Positions 47,979 through 59,200 of a DNA stretch of 64,000 nucleotides are shown one piece after another. Position 1 is the stretch's first letter; each line of letters begins with the position of its first letter. This DNA is from Spirogloea muscicola. Its lineage: Eukaryota. The stretch lies in contig WELB01000028.1 of assembly GCA_009602725.1 (NCBI GenBank), forward strand, positions 166,598-230,597, given 5' to 3'. A model generated the notes under the pieces. It made no database searches. It was not told where the DNA came from and saw only the letters and a program-made list of their open reading frames with translations. Made by a program: the position numbers and the translations under genes.

Positions 47979-48909
47979 AGCTATAACACTGGAGATGTTT
48001 GAGACTGGGCATTAATTTGCTCTTCTTAATAGCGCGGCGCACCTTGACAAGCATCTACCTCGATCTCTTTGGCGTAGTTGTCATTGCCAAGTGATGTAAC
48101 ACTGTGGAGCATTGGGTAGTGCTCTACTCATTGATTTGACTTGTGATTCGTAATGATTCGGCTGTCAAATACTTTTGAGTTGGTAGCTATGTTGCAAAGT
48201 ATTTCATACTGGGAGTACTTTGCTTTGCTTCTGATTTGGTAGATGCTGTGGCACATTCCAAAAGAAATTTGACGTCTCTTGCATCAAATGAGAACAGCCT
48301 CACCAGATTATTTTGGCAATGCCCTGTTCCTAAGTATGTTCCATGTTCATACAATCTTAAGCTGCAGGGCATAACGAGAGGTTTTGTAGTCTGTACCTTT
48401 TGTCACATCAAACATGTATTTGTCAGTATAAGAAGTCAGCTTAACAACTCCACTGTGGACCTGTATTTAGTGGTGCAACTTCGACAGATATGTGAATGCA
48501 TCATGCACTTTCGACTTTGAAGAGAAATGTCAAGGGGAAGGTCGAGAGCACTCTTTGATTGGACCATAGCAAACAAGCAGGCATACCCTTCTCCTATCAT
48601 CTACACTTAATGTGTGGAGAGCGCCTTCTTATTAGGCCTTGCGCACCCGCGCAGCATGCAACAACCTTGAGCCCCAGCTCATCCGCCGGCCAACTTCAAT
48701 GAGCCACGCAGATGACTTCGATTTGGCATGCCGAATTGCAAGCTATTCTTGACCTCAAGCAAATCATACATAGTCCTGCTGAGCCAGGTTATGCTGGCTA
48801 CGGCCTGTTAGTGAAAGTGGGGCATGGTGAACTCCGACTTCGCTGTGTGGAGGCCCTCATGAGCATGCAAGATGAGCCGGCGTGAGCAAGACGTGCCGGC
48901 GTTCTCTTC

Positions 48910-49347
48910 TTATGCATGCTTGAAGGACTTCATACTGAGCCAGTGGATGTACACAGCGGCCAGCGTGACGGGCAACGTCAGCGGGACGAGCAGGCAGTAG
49001 TACCTGCAGCCAGGACCCCTCACAACGCGAGGCTTGGATTGACTATCCCCAGCAAGCCCAGTGGGCCTCTCAGCCTTTGCCAACGTGCGCTCTTGTAACT
49101 CAACTCACAGACATAGCAACAATACTCGGGTGCAATAACAGGGGCTCCTGCCCCACAGCTAGCAATACAGCCGTAATTAAAACATGAAAAGAAGACATTC
49201 CACCAGTCAAGCTGGCGGCGGGCGCCCAACACCCACCTGTCGTCCGCGACGGCGGCGAGGAGCGAGCCCGGCGGCGGCGCCGCCGGGGAGCCGGCGACGA
49301 GCTTNCCTTCGAGCCTCGGAGCACCGGCGTCGGCCCAGTGAGGCGCT

Positions 49348-49382
<35 letters not shown>

Positions 49383-49407
49383 GGGGCCGCGCTGGCGGCG
49401 AGTCCAT
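48910..49407 (-). CDS. PIG-Y: GPI-GlcNAc transferase subunit Y (PIG-Y family), 2 exons; absent from the ORF track
   Basis: Exons 49407-49237 and 49003-48910 splice to LLAAVADDR|YYCLLVPLTLPVTLAAVYIHWLSMKSFKHA*. The first TM helix presumably lies in the gap at n 49305. Confidence 0.88.
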
Positions 49408-50654
49408 GGCGCCTTCCGGCGTGTTACTTCTTTCACTTAGTCTTTTGATTATTGAAATCATTTCGTTTGTTTGCGAGGAAGGATCTGCTGTAACCCTTAG
49501 CAGCAGGTCATGAACAGGACAGGTAGGAGGCGGGAGGTTTAGGGTTCTGCAGGCCCAGGCCCCGTTGCCCTAACAGGTCATATTTGGCAAGACCTGCGGC
49601 CTCCCTTGCCAGGTGCGCCGAGGGAGAGATCCAAGGACTTGTCACAAATGCCGCTGCGTAATGATGGCGTATTCGGTCGGGACTAGCCTGGTTCACTGCC
49701 TGCAGGTGCTGCTGCTGAGAAGGCAGACATGAAGCGGTGCTGGCTTGTGCCGAGGGCACATGTTGATGACCCCTGAAGAGGCCTCCTGAGGTTGTCAGAA
49801 ATTGAGGTGTACACAACGTGAATCCGATGGCCGCCCATCACTGCATTTGCTATGTGCCCAAATCTAACTTGCACCAACGAGCATCAACAAGCACGGAAGA
49901 TAGATGGCTGTGTATTGCAATACACTGCTGGATAGGCAGACCTGCAGGCTTCTAGGAGAGGGTGGATTCTAGCCGCCACTGTTCACAAGGAGCAACACCC
50001 GCAAATGCCTGTCCAACTTGAATGTGCTGATTCGTGGATTCTAACGCCCTTCTCCAGCCGCGCTTTCGCCCTGTAACCTTAGCCCCTCCTGACTTAGCCT
50101 ACCGTACTGACTTGTGTAGCCCCAATTGAATGCACTTTCTTCCAGGAATAGTGCAAATTCGCTCAGCTTAACCCCCCCTTCATGTGCACTGCGCGCCATC
50201 TCTCATGAAAGATAACGTAGAGGAGCAAAGATTAAACGATGCAATGGAGGTCCATTGAGGTCCCCCAGCACCTCTACCAATCCCGCAAAGTAGATACCTC
50301 CAGGCCTGCGAAATGTAGGAGGTGGTGCCAGAAGTTTGAGGTGAAGAGCTCAGAGGAAAGAGGTGGCTCTTCTGGAGCTTATGCAACGGGCGGACATTTT
50401 TGCCTAAAACGTCAATACTATAAGGGACTCACCAGACGAGTCGAGGAAGCAGGACTGTTCCCGTTGGGCTTCGGACTAATGGGGTGAGCACTTTGAGAGG
50501 CACCTGCTGCATTCTTATATAAGAGAAGGGGCGCGTCACACTGCGCACGAATGAAAGGGAGGCCAAGCCGAGCCACCAAAGAGACATGGAACAGCGCTGC
50601 CAAATTGACTGGTGGCTGTGAGAGGCCAGCCTAAAGGAATGGACAAGGAAAAGG

Positions 50655-51560
50655 AAGAGAGAAGGCGCGCGGTGGGCATGAAATTGAAAGAGAGGCCAAT
50701 TCTAGCCTTACAAATGTCCTAGTAACGGGGTAATGAGTTGGCTAAGGGGGGGACTATAATATTCTCGAGTGAGCACATACATATCTGACAAGCTAAGCTG
50801 AGGAGCAAGACCACCACCACGGAATCCATTAGCCTGGCCTAATGCACGCCCAGCACGCTGGTGTATCGCGAGTGCCTGGGAGCGTTGTAGACTCAATGAT
50901 AGCCTCATTCTATAGCAGGCAACAATGGCTTGCGGGACGCTAAACTACCCGCCCGACTACGTCGGCGGGCATCGACATGCTCTGCCAGGCGATGGAGGAG
51001 GGAAGACCACTTCGTTTCCGTAGCCGCCGTATATGTCCATGGCGCATGGGAAGAAGTGGTCGCCCCGGGGGTGGTCCTTATAATGTCGCTCCTTCTTCTT
51101 CTCCGCATGATGTGTCTCCCAACCTGGCACAGTCGGCGTGGGTGTTCCTGGTTGGGATGCGTCGATACAAACGACGTCGAGGAGAAGATGAGGCCCACCG
51201 CTCCGGGGGCAACCACATCCAGACGCCTGATGTAAGGTCTGCCACGCTTCCAGAGTACCGGCATGATGCCCGACACCTCCATGGCCGCATGGTAGCCTGC
51301 CTCACGCACCAAGCCATACATAGCGTCTCTGAGATGATTGTGGGAGGCATTACGTTCACTTCCCTAACACATCGAAGCATGTGAGCTGCCAAAGAGATCT
51401 CATCCTCCGAACGATGGCCATATTCACAATGTCGAATGCCAGCACAAAGTGGAGGGAGGCCGAGATGGTGGTAGAAGGAAGTGGCTACCTGTGAGGGGAA
51501 GCTTTGCGCAGGCTGCGGAGCAGAAAAGCTCTTACAATGTGCGGCAATGGCAGTGTAGCC
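50655..51560 (-). mobile_element. longest CRE-like fragment (family G): zinc knuckle + restriction-like endonuclease + 3' UTR, frameshifted
   Basis: Across frameshifts it reads LGLP..C..GH..HMLRC..HNHLRD..RRLDVV..DVVC..KKKERHY..FFPCAMDIYGGYG..RMRLSLSLQRSQA..SLSDMYVLTREY. Confidence 0.88.
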
Positions 51561-53420
51561 AGACCAAAGGATTGAACAAAGAAAAGACTCTTCCAAGTAG
51601 AAGGTGATGGCTGTGATTGGCCAGCCCAGGAAAGAATGAATGAACATGAAAACATCTGAAAGGCGGGAAGCGCCAAAAACACGAAACCACCTTCAGTGAC
51701 ATCTGCTAGTAAGAAGTAGCTGTTTCTAGAAGGGGCGGGGGTTGTGAATGGCCAGCCCAGAAGAAACGAACAAGGTCCAGAGGGCCGGAAGCACACAGCT
51801 ATGCAAGAGACTAGAGCGAGTAGGAGCTGGTAACCTCGAGTCAGCAGCCGCCAGCCGGAGTGACTTGCAGCTGGAAAGAAAGTGCGCGCCCATAGAGAAG
51901 AGAAGCTGGCAAAGCCAGCCCAAAAAGAAAGCGCGGCCAGATTGACTGGTGGCTGTGCGAGGCCAGCCCAAAGAAATGGACAAGGTCTGCTGGAGCCGGA
52001 GTGCTAAGCCAAAAAGGAACGGACAATGTCCAAAGCCAAAGAAAGAAGTGCCGAAAGAGGACTACTACACTACAAAACACGAGACGATGCAGAGGGAAGC
52101 TCAGTACCCGCGGAAAGAGAGAGTAGCAGAAGAGGCGGCTGCGGCCACGGAGCTGGGAGCGGATCGGGACCCATCGCCCGGTGGGGAGGTGGGGGCCTCA
52201 GGCGCGCCATCGGCGCCGGTTGGCCAGGCGGGCCGCCCCTGGGCGTGGCCACACGTGGGCGCCGGCCCGCCGCCCAAGCACGAGCGGCAACGGGAACGAG
52301 CTTCCCGGCCAGCGGAGAGTCGGCGGGGACGGCGCCACGTCCGCCGCCTGCTAGCCGGCCAAAACAAAACTCGTGCCGTTTTCCGACGGTTGCATCGGCG
52401 CCGCCTCGGGGTTAAATTTACCACGCTTTAGCTGCTACTTCTGGGTCTCGTTAAGGAAAGGCGCGCGGTGCGCCTGAAAATGTAATAAGTGGAGGTGAAA
52501 TTGGAGAAAGAGGCCACTTGGGGAGCCTCTTTAAGAGGTCTATGGCCCGCGCGCTGCACCTGCGTGCAGGCAGGCAGAGCCCTCGCTGCTGCCTCTGGCT
52601 CTGGCCATTCCTTTTGGCTGGCCTCTCCCAGCCACCAGTTAATCTGGCCGCGCTTGCTTTCTGGCCAGGGGACCCGCTTCCAGGAACCCAGTCTCTCTGA
52701 CCTGAGGCTGCTTAGCAGGGATTACTGAGTGCTTCGTAGCTGCTTCGTTTCTTTTTTGTGCTTGTTGTTCTTCGTACTTCCCCTGGCCCCTTCTCGTCCT
52801 TTCTTCGTTCTATTTTGGGCTAGCTTGTTCCAGCCCCTATCCTCAATGGGCAAGCCCTTCATCTTTCACAGTCGATCCGACTTGCGACTGCTGACTCGGG
52901 ACAATCCTAATTAGCATTTACTGACTAGAAGTTTCTGAGAGTCCCCTTGCTGCCGTCTTGGCACTTAGCGCCTTGCTTTATGCACCATCCGGCTCCTTCA
53001 AAACTTGTCCATTCCTTTGGGCTGGCCTCTCACAGCCACCAGTCAATCTGGCCGCGCCTTCGCTGACTCGGGGGTACTAAGCTCCCATCCTCTGTAGTCT
53101 CTTGCAAGCCGTGTGAGTATGGCGCCTTTCGGCCCTTTTCTTGATTGTTTATGGACCTTGATAATTCTCTCTGGGCTGGCTTTTCACAGCCCCCAAGAGC
53201 TCATTTCTGGGTAAAACTCGGCGGACCCACTTCCCCCCGTTCCGGGGCCCCCGTTTTGGCCCGAGCTGGATCCCAGGCCCCGATCCCCGTCGCCGCGCCA
53301 CCCACCAAGCGCTCCTCTTCCTGCATTAACGGCATGGATGTGCCCCGCGCAGCGTGATCCACGGCTGCGGGCGCGCCCCAGGTGCGTGCTCGGCGAAGGG
53401 CCAGATACGATCCCCGCAGC

Positions 53421-53468
53421 ATCTGCCGCACTCCCAGGCGGCTGATCTGCCGCACGCCCAGGCGGCTG
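53421..53468 (+). repeat. 24-bp tandem duplication
   Basis: atctgccgcactcccaggcggctg / atctgccgcacgcccaggcggctg. Confidence 0.9.
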
Positions 53469-56215
53469 CAGCAGCGGCGCCAGTTGGATGCTAGCCGCCC
53501 ATCCTGGAAAGCCGCGCCGCCCGGGGTTGGTGGCCCCGTGCACTCCTCACCTGCCACGACGAGACGAAGTATCGCTCTCGGCACGTGGCCGGCGGCCCTC
53601 GTCGTATGAAGAGGAGGACGGAGAGTGGGCTGGAAGAAGGGCTCGCCCATGGAGGATAGGGCTGGAGCCTCCTCCACGCGCCTCCTCCACGTAATCCCCA
53701 AACCCTGCAAATGGCCCAGGCCCCAACGTCTGCGCACGGGCACACACTCGAAGTGCTTGGGCCTAGACAAGAAGCCATTTGCGGAAGGCAGTAAGCTCTT
53801 GCGAATGGGGCGAGGGCTATATAAGGCCAGCCCGAAAAGAATGGATCGGGAAGGGCAGTGACTGTGAAGGGCAGGCTCAACCTGGCCGACGAGCGCTGCG
53901 TAGGACACAGCTAGATTATCGCCATGCGCTGGGCGTGCCGAACTTTCAGCTTGCTCTTGTCACCTAGGTGATAGTGGCCTCCCTATCTTGAGAAGGACTA
54001 CAGGGAACATTGATGGTGACGTGTGGAGGTTGTGTGGCCGATGCTTGGACGCGTTTGTTCATGTGGTACCACATCGCACATACCCTGCAATCTTGGGCGG
54101 CACCTCAGACAGAATGACCTTACATTATCATGAAGGATAATACACACCGTGGAATACCTCGCGTGTCAGTTTCGTCTTGGCAAAATTGCGCGTAGGTGGC
54201 GGTGGGGCTACTGACAAGCGTTGACAAGTACGACTAAGCAACGCAACACATGTGGTGCAGCCGCAATTCCGTGGTTGCCCACCAAGTTCTTGTAAGCCAC
54301 ACTGCACCTCAAGCTCAGGGTGCCGAGCTCGCTTCATCTTTAGGATGTCGTGTCGAGATCGCCCGCCCTCTGACTTCCGGAACACGTGACGCGCCTGTGG
54401 GCCCTTGCCTTGCTGGGCGAGTGTGGCTTGATGTCACAAAATTATTTCTCTATTGCTGTGAAAGGCTCCTTCGAAGGCCAGCCCAAAAAAGGAAGGGACA
54501 AGCTCCGAAGGACCAAAAAGCCGTGAAGAAAGAGTAAAGGGTAGCCATTCTAAGCCAACACACTGTTCAGGCAAAAGCTAGGGGGAAAAGTGGGGCAACG
54601 TCCAGTGAAACACAGAGGTTCCAATGTAAGGCAATGGCTGTGAGAAGGGCCGTGAAACTGCACTACCGTGGAACCAAAAAAATCTAAAACACACTGAAAC
54701 ATAATTGAGAAAGTGGCTCACAATGAGCTATTTTCACACGAGACCTTTTGTCCATTCCTTTGGGCTGGCTTGTCAAAGTCATTGCCGTCATTTTGGAAGA
54801 GCTGTCTCAGAAAGAGAAGGGCAAAAGCAGTGCGAGCGCATCTCCTCGGGCAGCTACAGACAGACAGAAGTAGAAGAAGTGGCTCGTTCCATTCGTTCTC
54901 TCTCTCTCTGACACTTCAGGCCCCTCCGTCATTGTGGCTTTAGGCCCCTCCGTCATTTTGGCCCCTTCGAACCTTCGTCATTTTCCGGGCTGGCTTCTCA
55001 CAGCCCTTGCCCCGATTGGGAGAGCCACTTCTCTCCCAAAAGAGCAAGCGCGGCCAGATTAACTGGTGGCTGGGAGAGAAAAAGAAGCGCTCGCCTATAA
55101 AGAAGAGGGGCTGGCAAAGCCAGCCCTAAAAAGCCCATCCATCATTTGGCCCCTTTGAACCTTCGTCAATTCTTTTTCGGCAGGCTTTTTCACAGCCCTT
55201 GCCCCCATTGGTAGTGCCACTTCTTTCGTTAAAAAGAATGGACAATGTCCAAAGCCAAAGAAAGGAGCCGGCACTCCGCCGAGACCCAGAAGAAGTGGCT
55301 CTCCCAATGGGGGCAAGGGCTGTGAGAAGCCAGCCCGAAAAGAATTGACAAGGTTCGAAGGGGCCAAAGTACGAGCTAAGCAGCGACTGCGGGGCCTGAA
55401 GAGGCTATGGCAGAACGGGGGAGGATGGACCGCTAGTAGTTACGAGTGATGAGCCTCACATCCGACAGACTAGCTGCCGGTAAACTATCCCCCTGACGAA
55501 AGCCGGAGGCCGGAGACCCAGAGGCGGCGCCCATAGCACGGCCTGCTCGCGTGTGGACGGCGTGGGCAAGGGAGCGTTGGAACGATACAGCCAGGCGCAC
55601 GCGGAAGACGGAAGGGGCAAGGGCTGTGAACGCCAGCCCGAAAAGACTTGACAAGGTCCGAAGGGGCCAAAAGCCAAAAGCGCTGAAGGAAAGGAAAGGG
55701 GGCCTCAAGGGGACGTACGACGCACTGGCGGCGGAGAAAGGAGGAGTAAGTACACACACAGTCCAGCAGTGGCGGGATAGCCGGAGGCCGCCGCTCGAGC
55801 CGCCTGATCAAGATGGTCGATCTGAATTGCGTTTTGGTGCGTTTCGTGTGAAACAAACGAAGGCCCAATGGCCAAGTACAAAGGCAAGCACGTTCGAAGA
55901 CCTACAAAACTCACGGCGGCGGGCGGGGGGGGTTCGGCTCGCCCATCCCTCGTGCCCGAATGCAGAGATTTTATTTGTCCCACGGGCTTTACGCCTTCCC
56001 CCTCCCAGCCCGGTCATCCACCCCCCACACCACCCCCTCCACGGCCATGGCGGCACGGCCCACCCGGCGGCGCCGCGCGCGGCGCGCGTCCGCCGCGTCC
56101 GACGCGTCCAACGGCACGGCCNCGACAAGGACTTACGCGGTCAACCGGCGGCGACGAGAGCGGGTGGCGGCGGCGGCGCCGGCGGCAGCGGCCTGCTCGG
56201 CGCAGCGCCGCAGTC

Positions 56216-59200
56216 ATGCCGCGCCGCGTGGCGGCGTCGCTGGGCCCGGCCTGCCTCGTCTCGCTCGGCTTCCTGAGCCCCGCGGCGTGGGCCGCCATCG
56301 TCGAGGAGGGGCCCGGCTTCGGCCTCGACCTCCTCTGGGTGCTCCTCGCCTCCAACGCCGTGGCCGTCGGCCTGCAGCTGCTCGCTGCACGCCTCGGCCT
56401 CGTCACTGGCAAGACCCTCGCCGAGGTCGCCTTCCGCTCCTCATCTCCGCTGCCTTTGCCGTCGAGCTTTCTGCTGTCTCACCTAAGCGTCCACGTCTCG
56501 TTGGCCGCTGCCAGTGCCACTGAAGGGACTACTCGGGCCGCTTGCGTCGTCCTGCCTGCTTGATACAAGACGTGAGCATGTTGCACAACACCTTAGCTCG
56601 TGACTGATGATATGCCCGCGTGCCACCGCGCTTTGGCTCACAGATGTGCCGCGAGGAGTACCCGTGGCCTGTCCCCGTCCTACTATGGGCGTCCTGCGAG
56701 GTTGCAATCGTGGCCCTGGACTGCATGATGGTGAGTGCCTGCGGCTCGCGCTCAGCACCTCTCCTAGCAGCACTATCGCTTTAGTGACTGCCACTCCCTC
56801 AACCCAGTTGAAGCCACTTGCTGACTCGCAAAGGCTTCACGGGTGCTTAGAAGAGAAGAAGCGCCGGTGGGACTGTGGTCTGCTTGGGCTTCTTGGCTGG
56901 CGCCATCCTGTCTCGTGAAGCCACGCAAGAGGGCTGCTGTCCTCGATCCGACAAATCTTTGTCTGGCACTTCACCTCTGGCAGCTCTGAGTATGTATGTG
57001 TGCGTGTGTGCCCTAGGTCCTGGGCGCTGCCATAGGGCTGAAGCTGCTCTTCAGTGTGCCCATGCTGGCTGGTGTCCTCATTATGGAGCTGGAACCAATC
57101 CTTACCGTCGCCCTGCCGCACAACCTGCTGGTACTTCACCAGAGCTTCTCTTGCTGCTGCTGAAAGTGCATGATAGAGAATGAGCTTCTGCAACTTGCTC
57201 ATGCCATTGATATGGTGAACGAACACTGCCAATGGCTTGACGAGCAGGAGCACACTTTTGAGCAGGGCAAGGATAGCAGTGTAAGGGCAATCCGCCAATG
57301 CAATAAGTACTGGAGCTCCTTTGCGAGCAGGGGTTATCCTGGTTCTCTTTGGTAGCTGCAGATTGCATCTTTATAAACGTGCAAGCTCTAAATTGCTGCG
57401 AACTGCTGTCTCGCACTTATTGACAGACTGTCAGGTTTGCGGTGAAGGCGGGGGCCACTGCTTTGGTCATCATCACCATGTGCTTTGTGAACCAACTCAT
57501 GCGAACAGGCTCTCCTTTCCTTGAGCTGGACTCGGACTTTTCTGTCTTGGTCCAACAAGACCGTGTCTGGACGGCCATGGCCTTCTTGGGCTTGAACGTC
57601 CTCCCGCAGAATCTCCATCTCCACTCCTTCCTGCCGCAAGTAGGCCAAATTCTGGGGATAAACCTGCTCACACGAGCTCTTTATACATGATACTGCACTC
57701 ATTCTTGCTCAATATCTTGAAGGCATGTCAAATAGATTTCCTTGCACTTATGGCCCTGGCAGTAAGCCCGACGCTTTGCTTGCTCCATGTATTGTCGGGC
57801 CACACCTTGCTTGGCTCGTTCCGCTTCTTGCTCTTATCTGCAGATAAGTAAGTAAGTACTACTCTCCTGCCTTCTTCCCCTGCCATGTGGCCTCCTCAGT
57901 CTTATGCTTTCGTGTTTATATAGGCCCCTCTGGAAAAGTACAGCCTTGTCAGCAAGGTCTACGTGCAGAATGCTGTGGATATCTGTCTCTCCCTGGGCGT
58001 CGGCTTGCTTGCCAATGCAGCAGCCCTTGGGATCGCATCCACAACATTCTATGCAGGAGGGACAGAACCTTCGAATGGCTTTTTCATTCAGGTGCACTTA
58101 CTAAACTTGTAGGTACAGTTCACTACCATCAGCATGTGAGCTCTGTGAGTGCACGATCTGCCCCTGATTGTGGCAGGTGCTGCAAGAGCTTACCATGTGA
58201 ATAAAGGCAGGGCAACTCACGGTCTCGTGTAGCTTACAGTGGCTGGCTCCTCTTAATCAAAGGCCTTGACTGTCGTGACTTTTGACTTGATATCCTACCC
58301 AGGTGTGGGGCAGCACCCTTGCCCCCACATTTGGCGTCGCGCTTGCCACCATTGGCATCATCTCGTACTTGACGCAAGTGCTGTCTGGCCAAGTTGTGTC
58401 CAAGGGCTTCATGGGCATGCAGAGCAAGCCTTGGCTACGGCGGAGTCTCGTCCGTACAGCTGGCGTCATTCTTGCCTGCACATCCCTCAACAGCCTTGGC
58501 GGCGTGGATCGCATGCTGCAGTTGTGCCAGGTCAGGTTGCCATGCTCAATTCCTGCACTGCAAGTGTTTCATCATGCAACAAACAACACAATATGTAGCT
58601 GACTGCCACTCGGTGAAGCTGACAAAATGTTATTGGACTTGCATCCTTCGGTCCTCAGGTGGTTATGTCTTTGCAGCTGCCGCTTACTCTCATCCCTCTG
58701 ATCAAAGTCACTTCGTCGAAGGTCTACATGGGCCCCTTCCAAATTTCGCGCTTGGCAGCGGCGGCGGCCTGGACGGTGGGCATTCTCATCTACGTGACTA
58801 ACATCATTGTTCTCTTTGAGAACATAGTCGACGACGATGGATCCTCCCTGTCAGGCGATCTGCAGTCAAATCAGGTGGTGTGGGCGACCTTGGCAGGCTC
58901 AGTGCTAGCCAGCGAGTTTATGCTGGCAGCCTGGATGGCCGCCTCTCCGCTCCGACACACGGTGGGGACGCAGCAGCGAGGCTCTCTTGAGAGTATCGTT
59001 GAGGATCAAGCGTTTGTGCTGAAGGCGGTCAGCAGGAAAGAGGCCATACCAGACAACAAGGAGGAGTTACGGCTGCGATTGCGAGGACCAAGGGCCGCCA
59101 ATGGCCTGCGTGGCGAACAAACTAGCTTTGACGCACATCAAGGTGCCGAGCAGCCCTCCACTGAGAAACCTGTGGACCGGGTGGTTCCTAAGGAGGTGCA

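Larger units (their letters stand above)
50180..55705. mobile_element. nest 4 of CRE-like retroelement fragments (largest), between divergent PIG-Y and EIN2
   Basis: About 20 3' ends of families A-E and G in both orientations. TSDs at 52600/52660 and 55281/55513. The copy at 55288-55510 is near-identical to 4438-4655. Confidence 0.85.

Noticed and set aside
49700..50500. Coding remnants upstream of PIG-Y
   Set aside because: Multiple stops in the frames I read and no family recognised.
53530..53630. CHDET as a DDE transposase motif
   Set aside because: Single short motif with no other catalytic blocks or TIRs.
50180..55705. CRISPR-like array of recurring repeats
   Set aside because: Copies are in both orientations with irregular spacing, attached to RLE coding sequence with TSDs. 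The context is eukaryotic and there are no cas genes.
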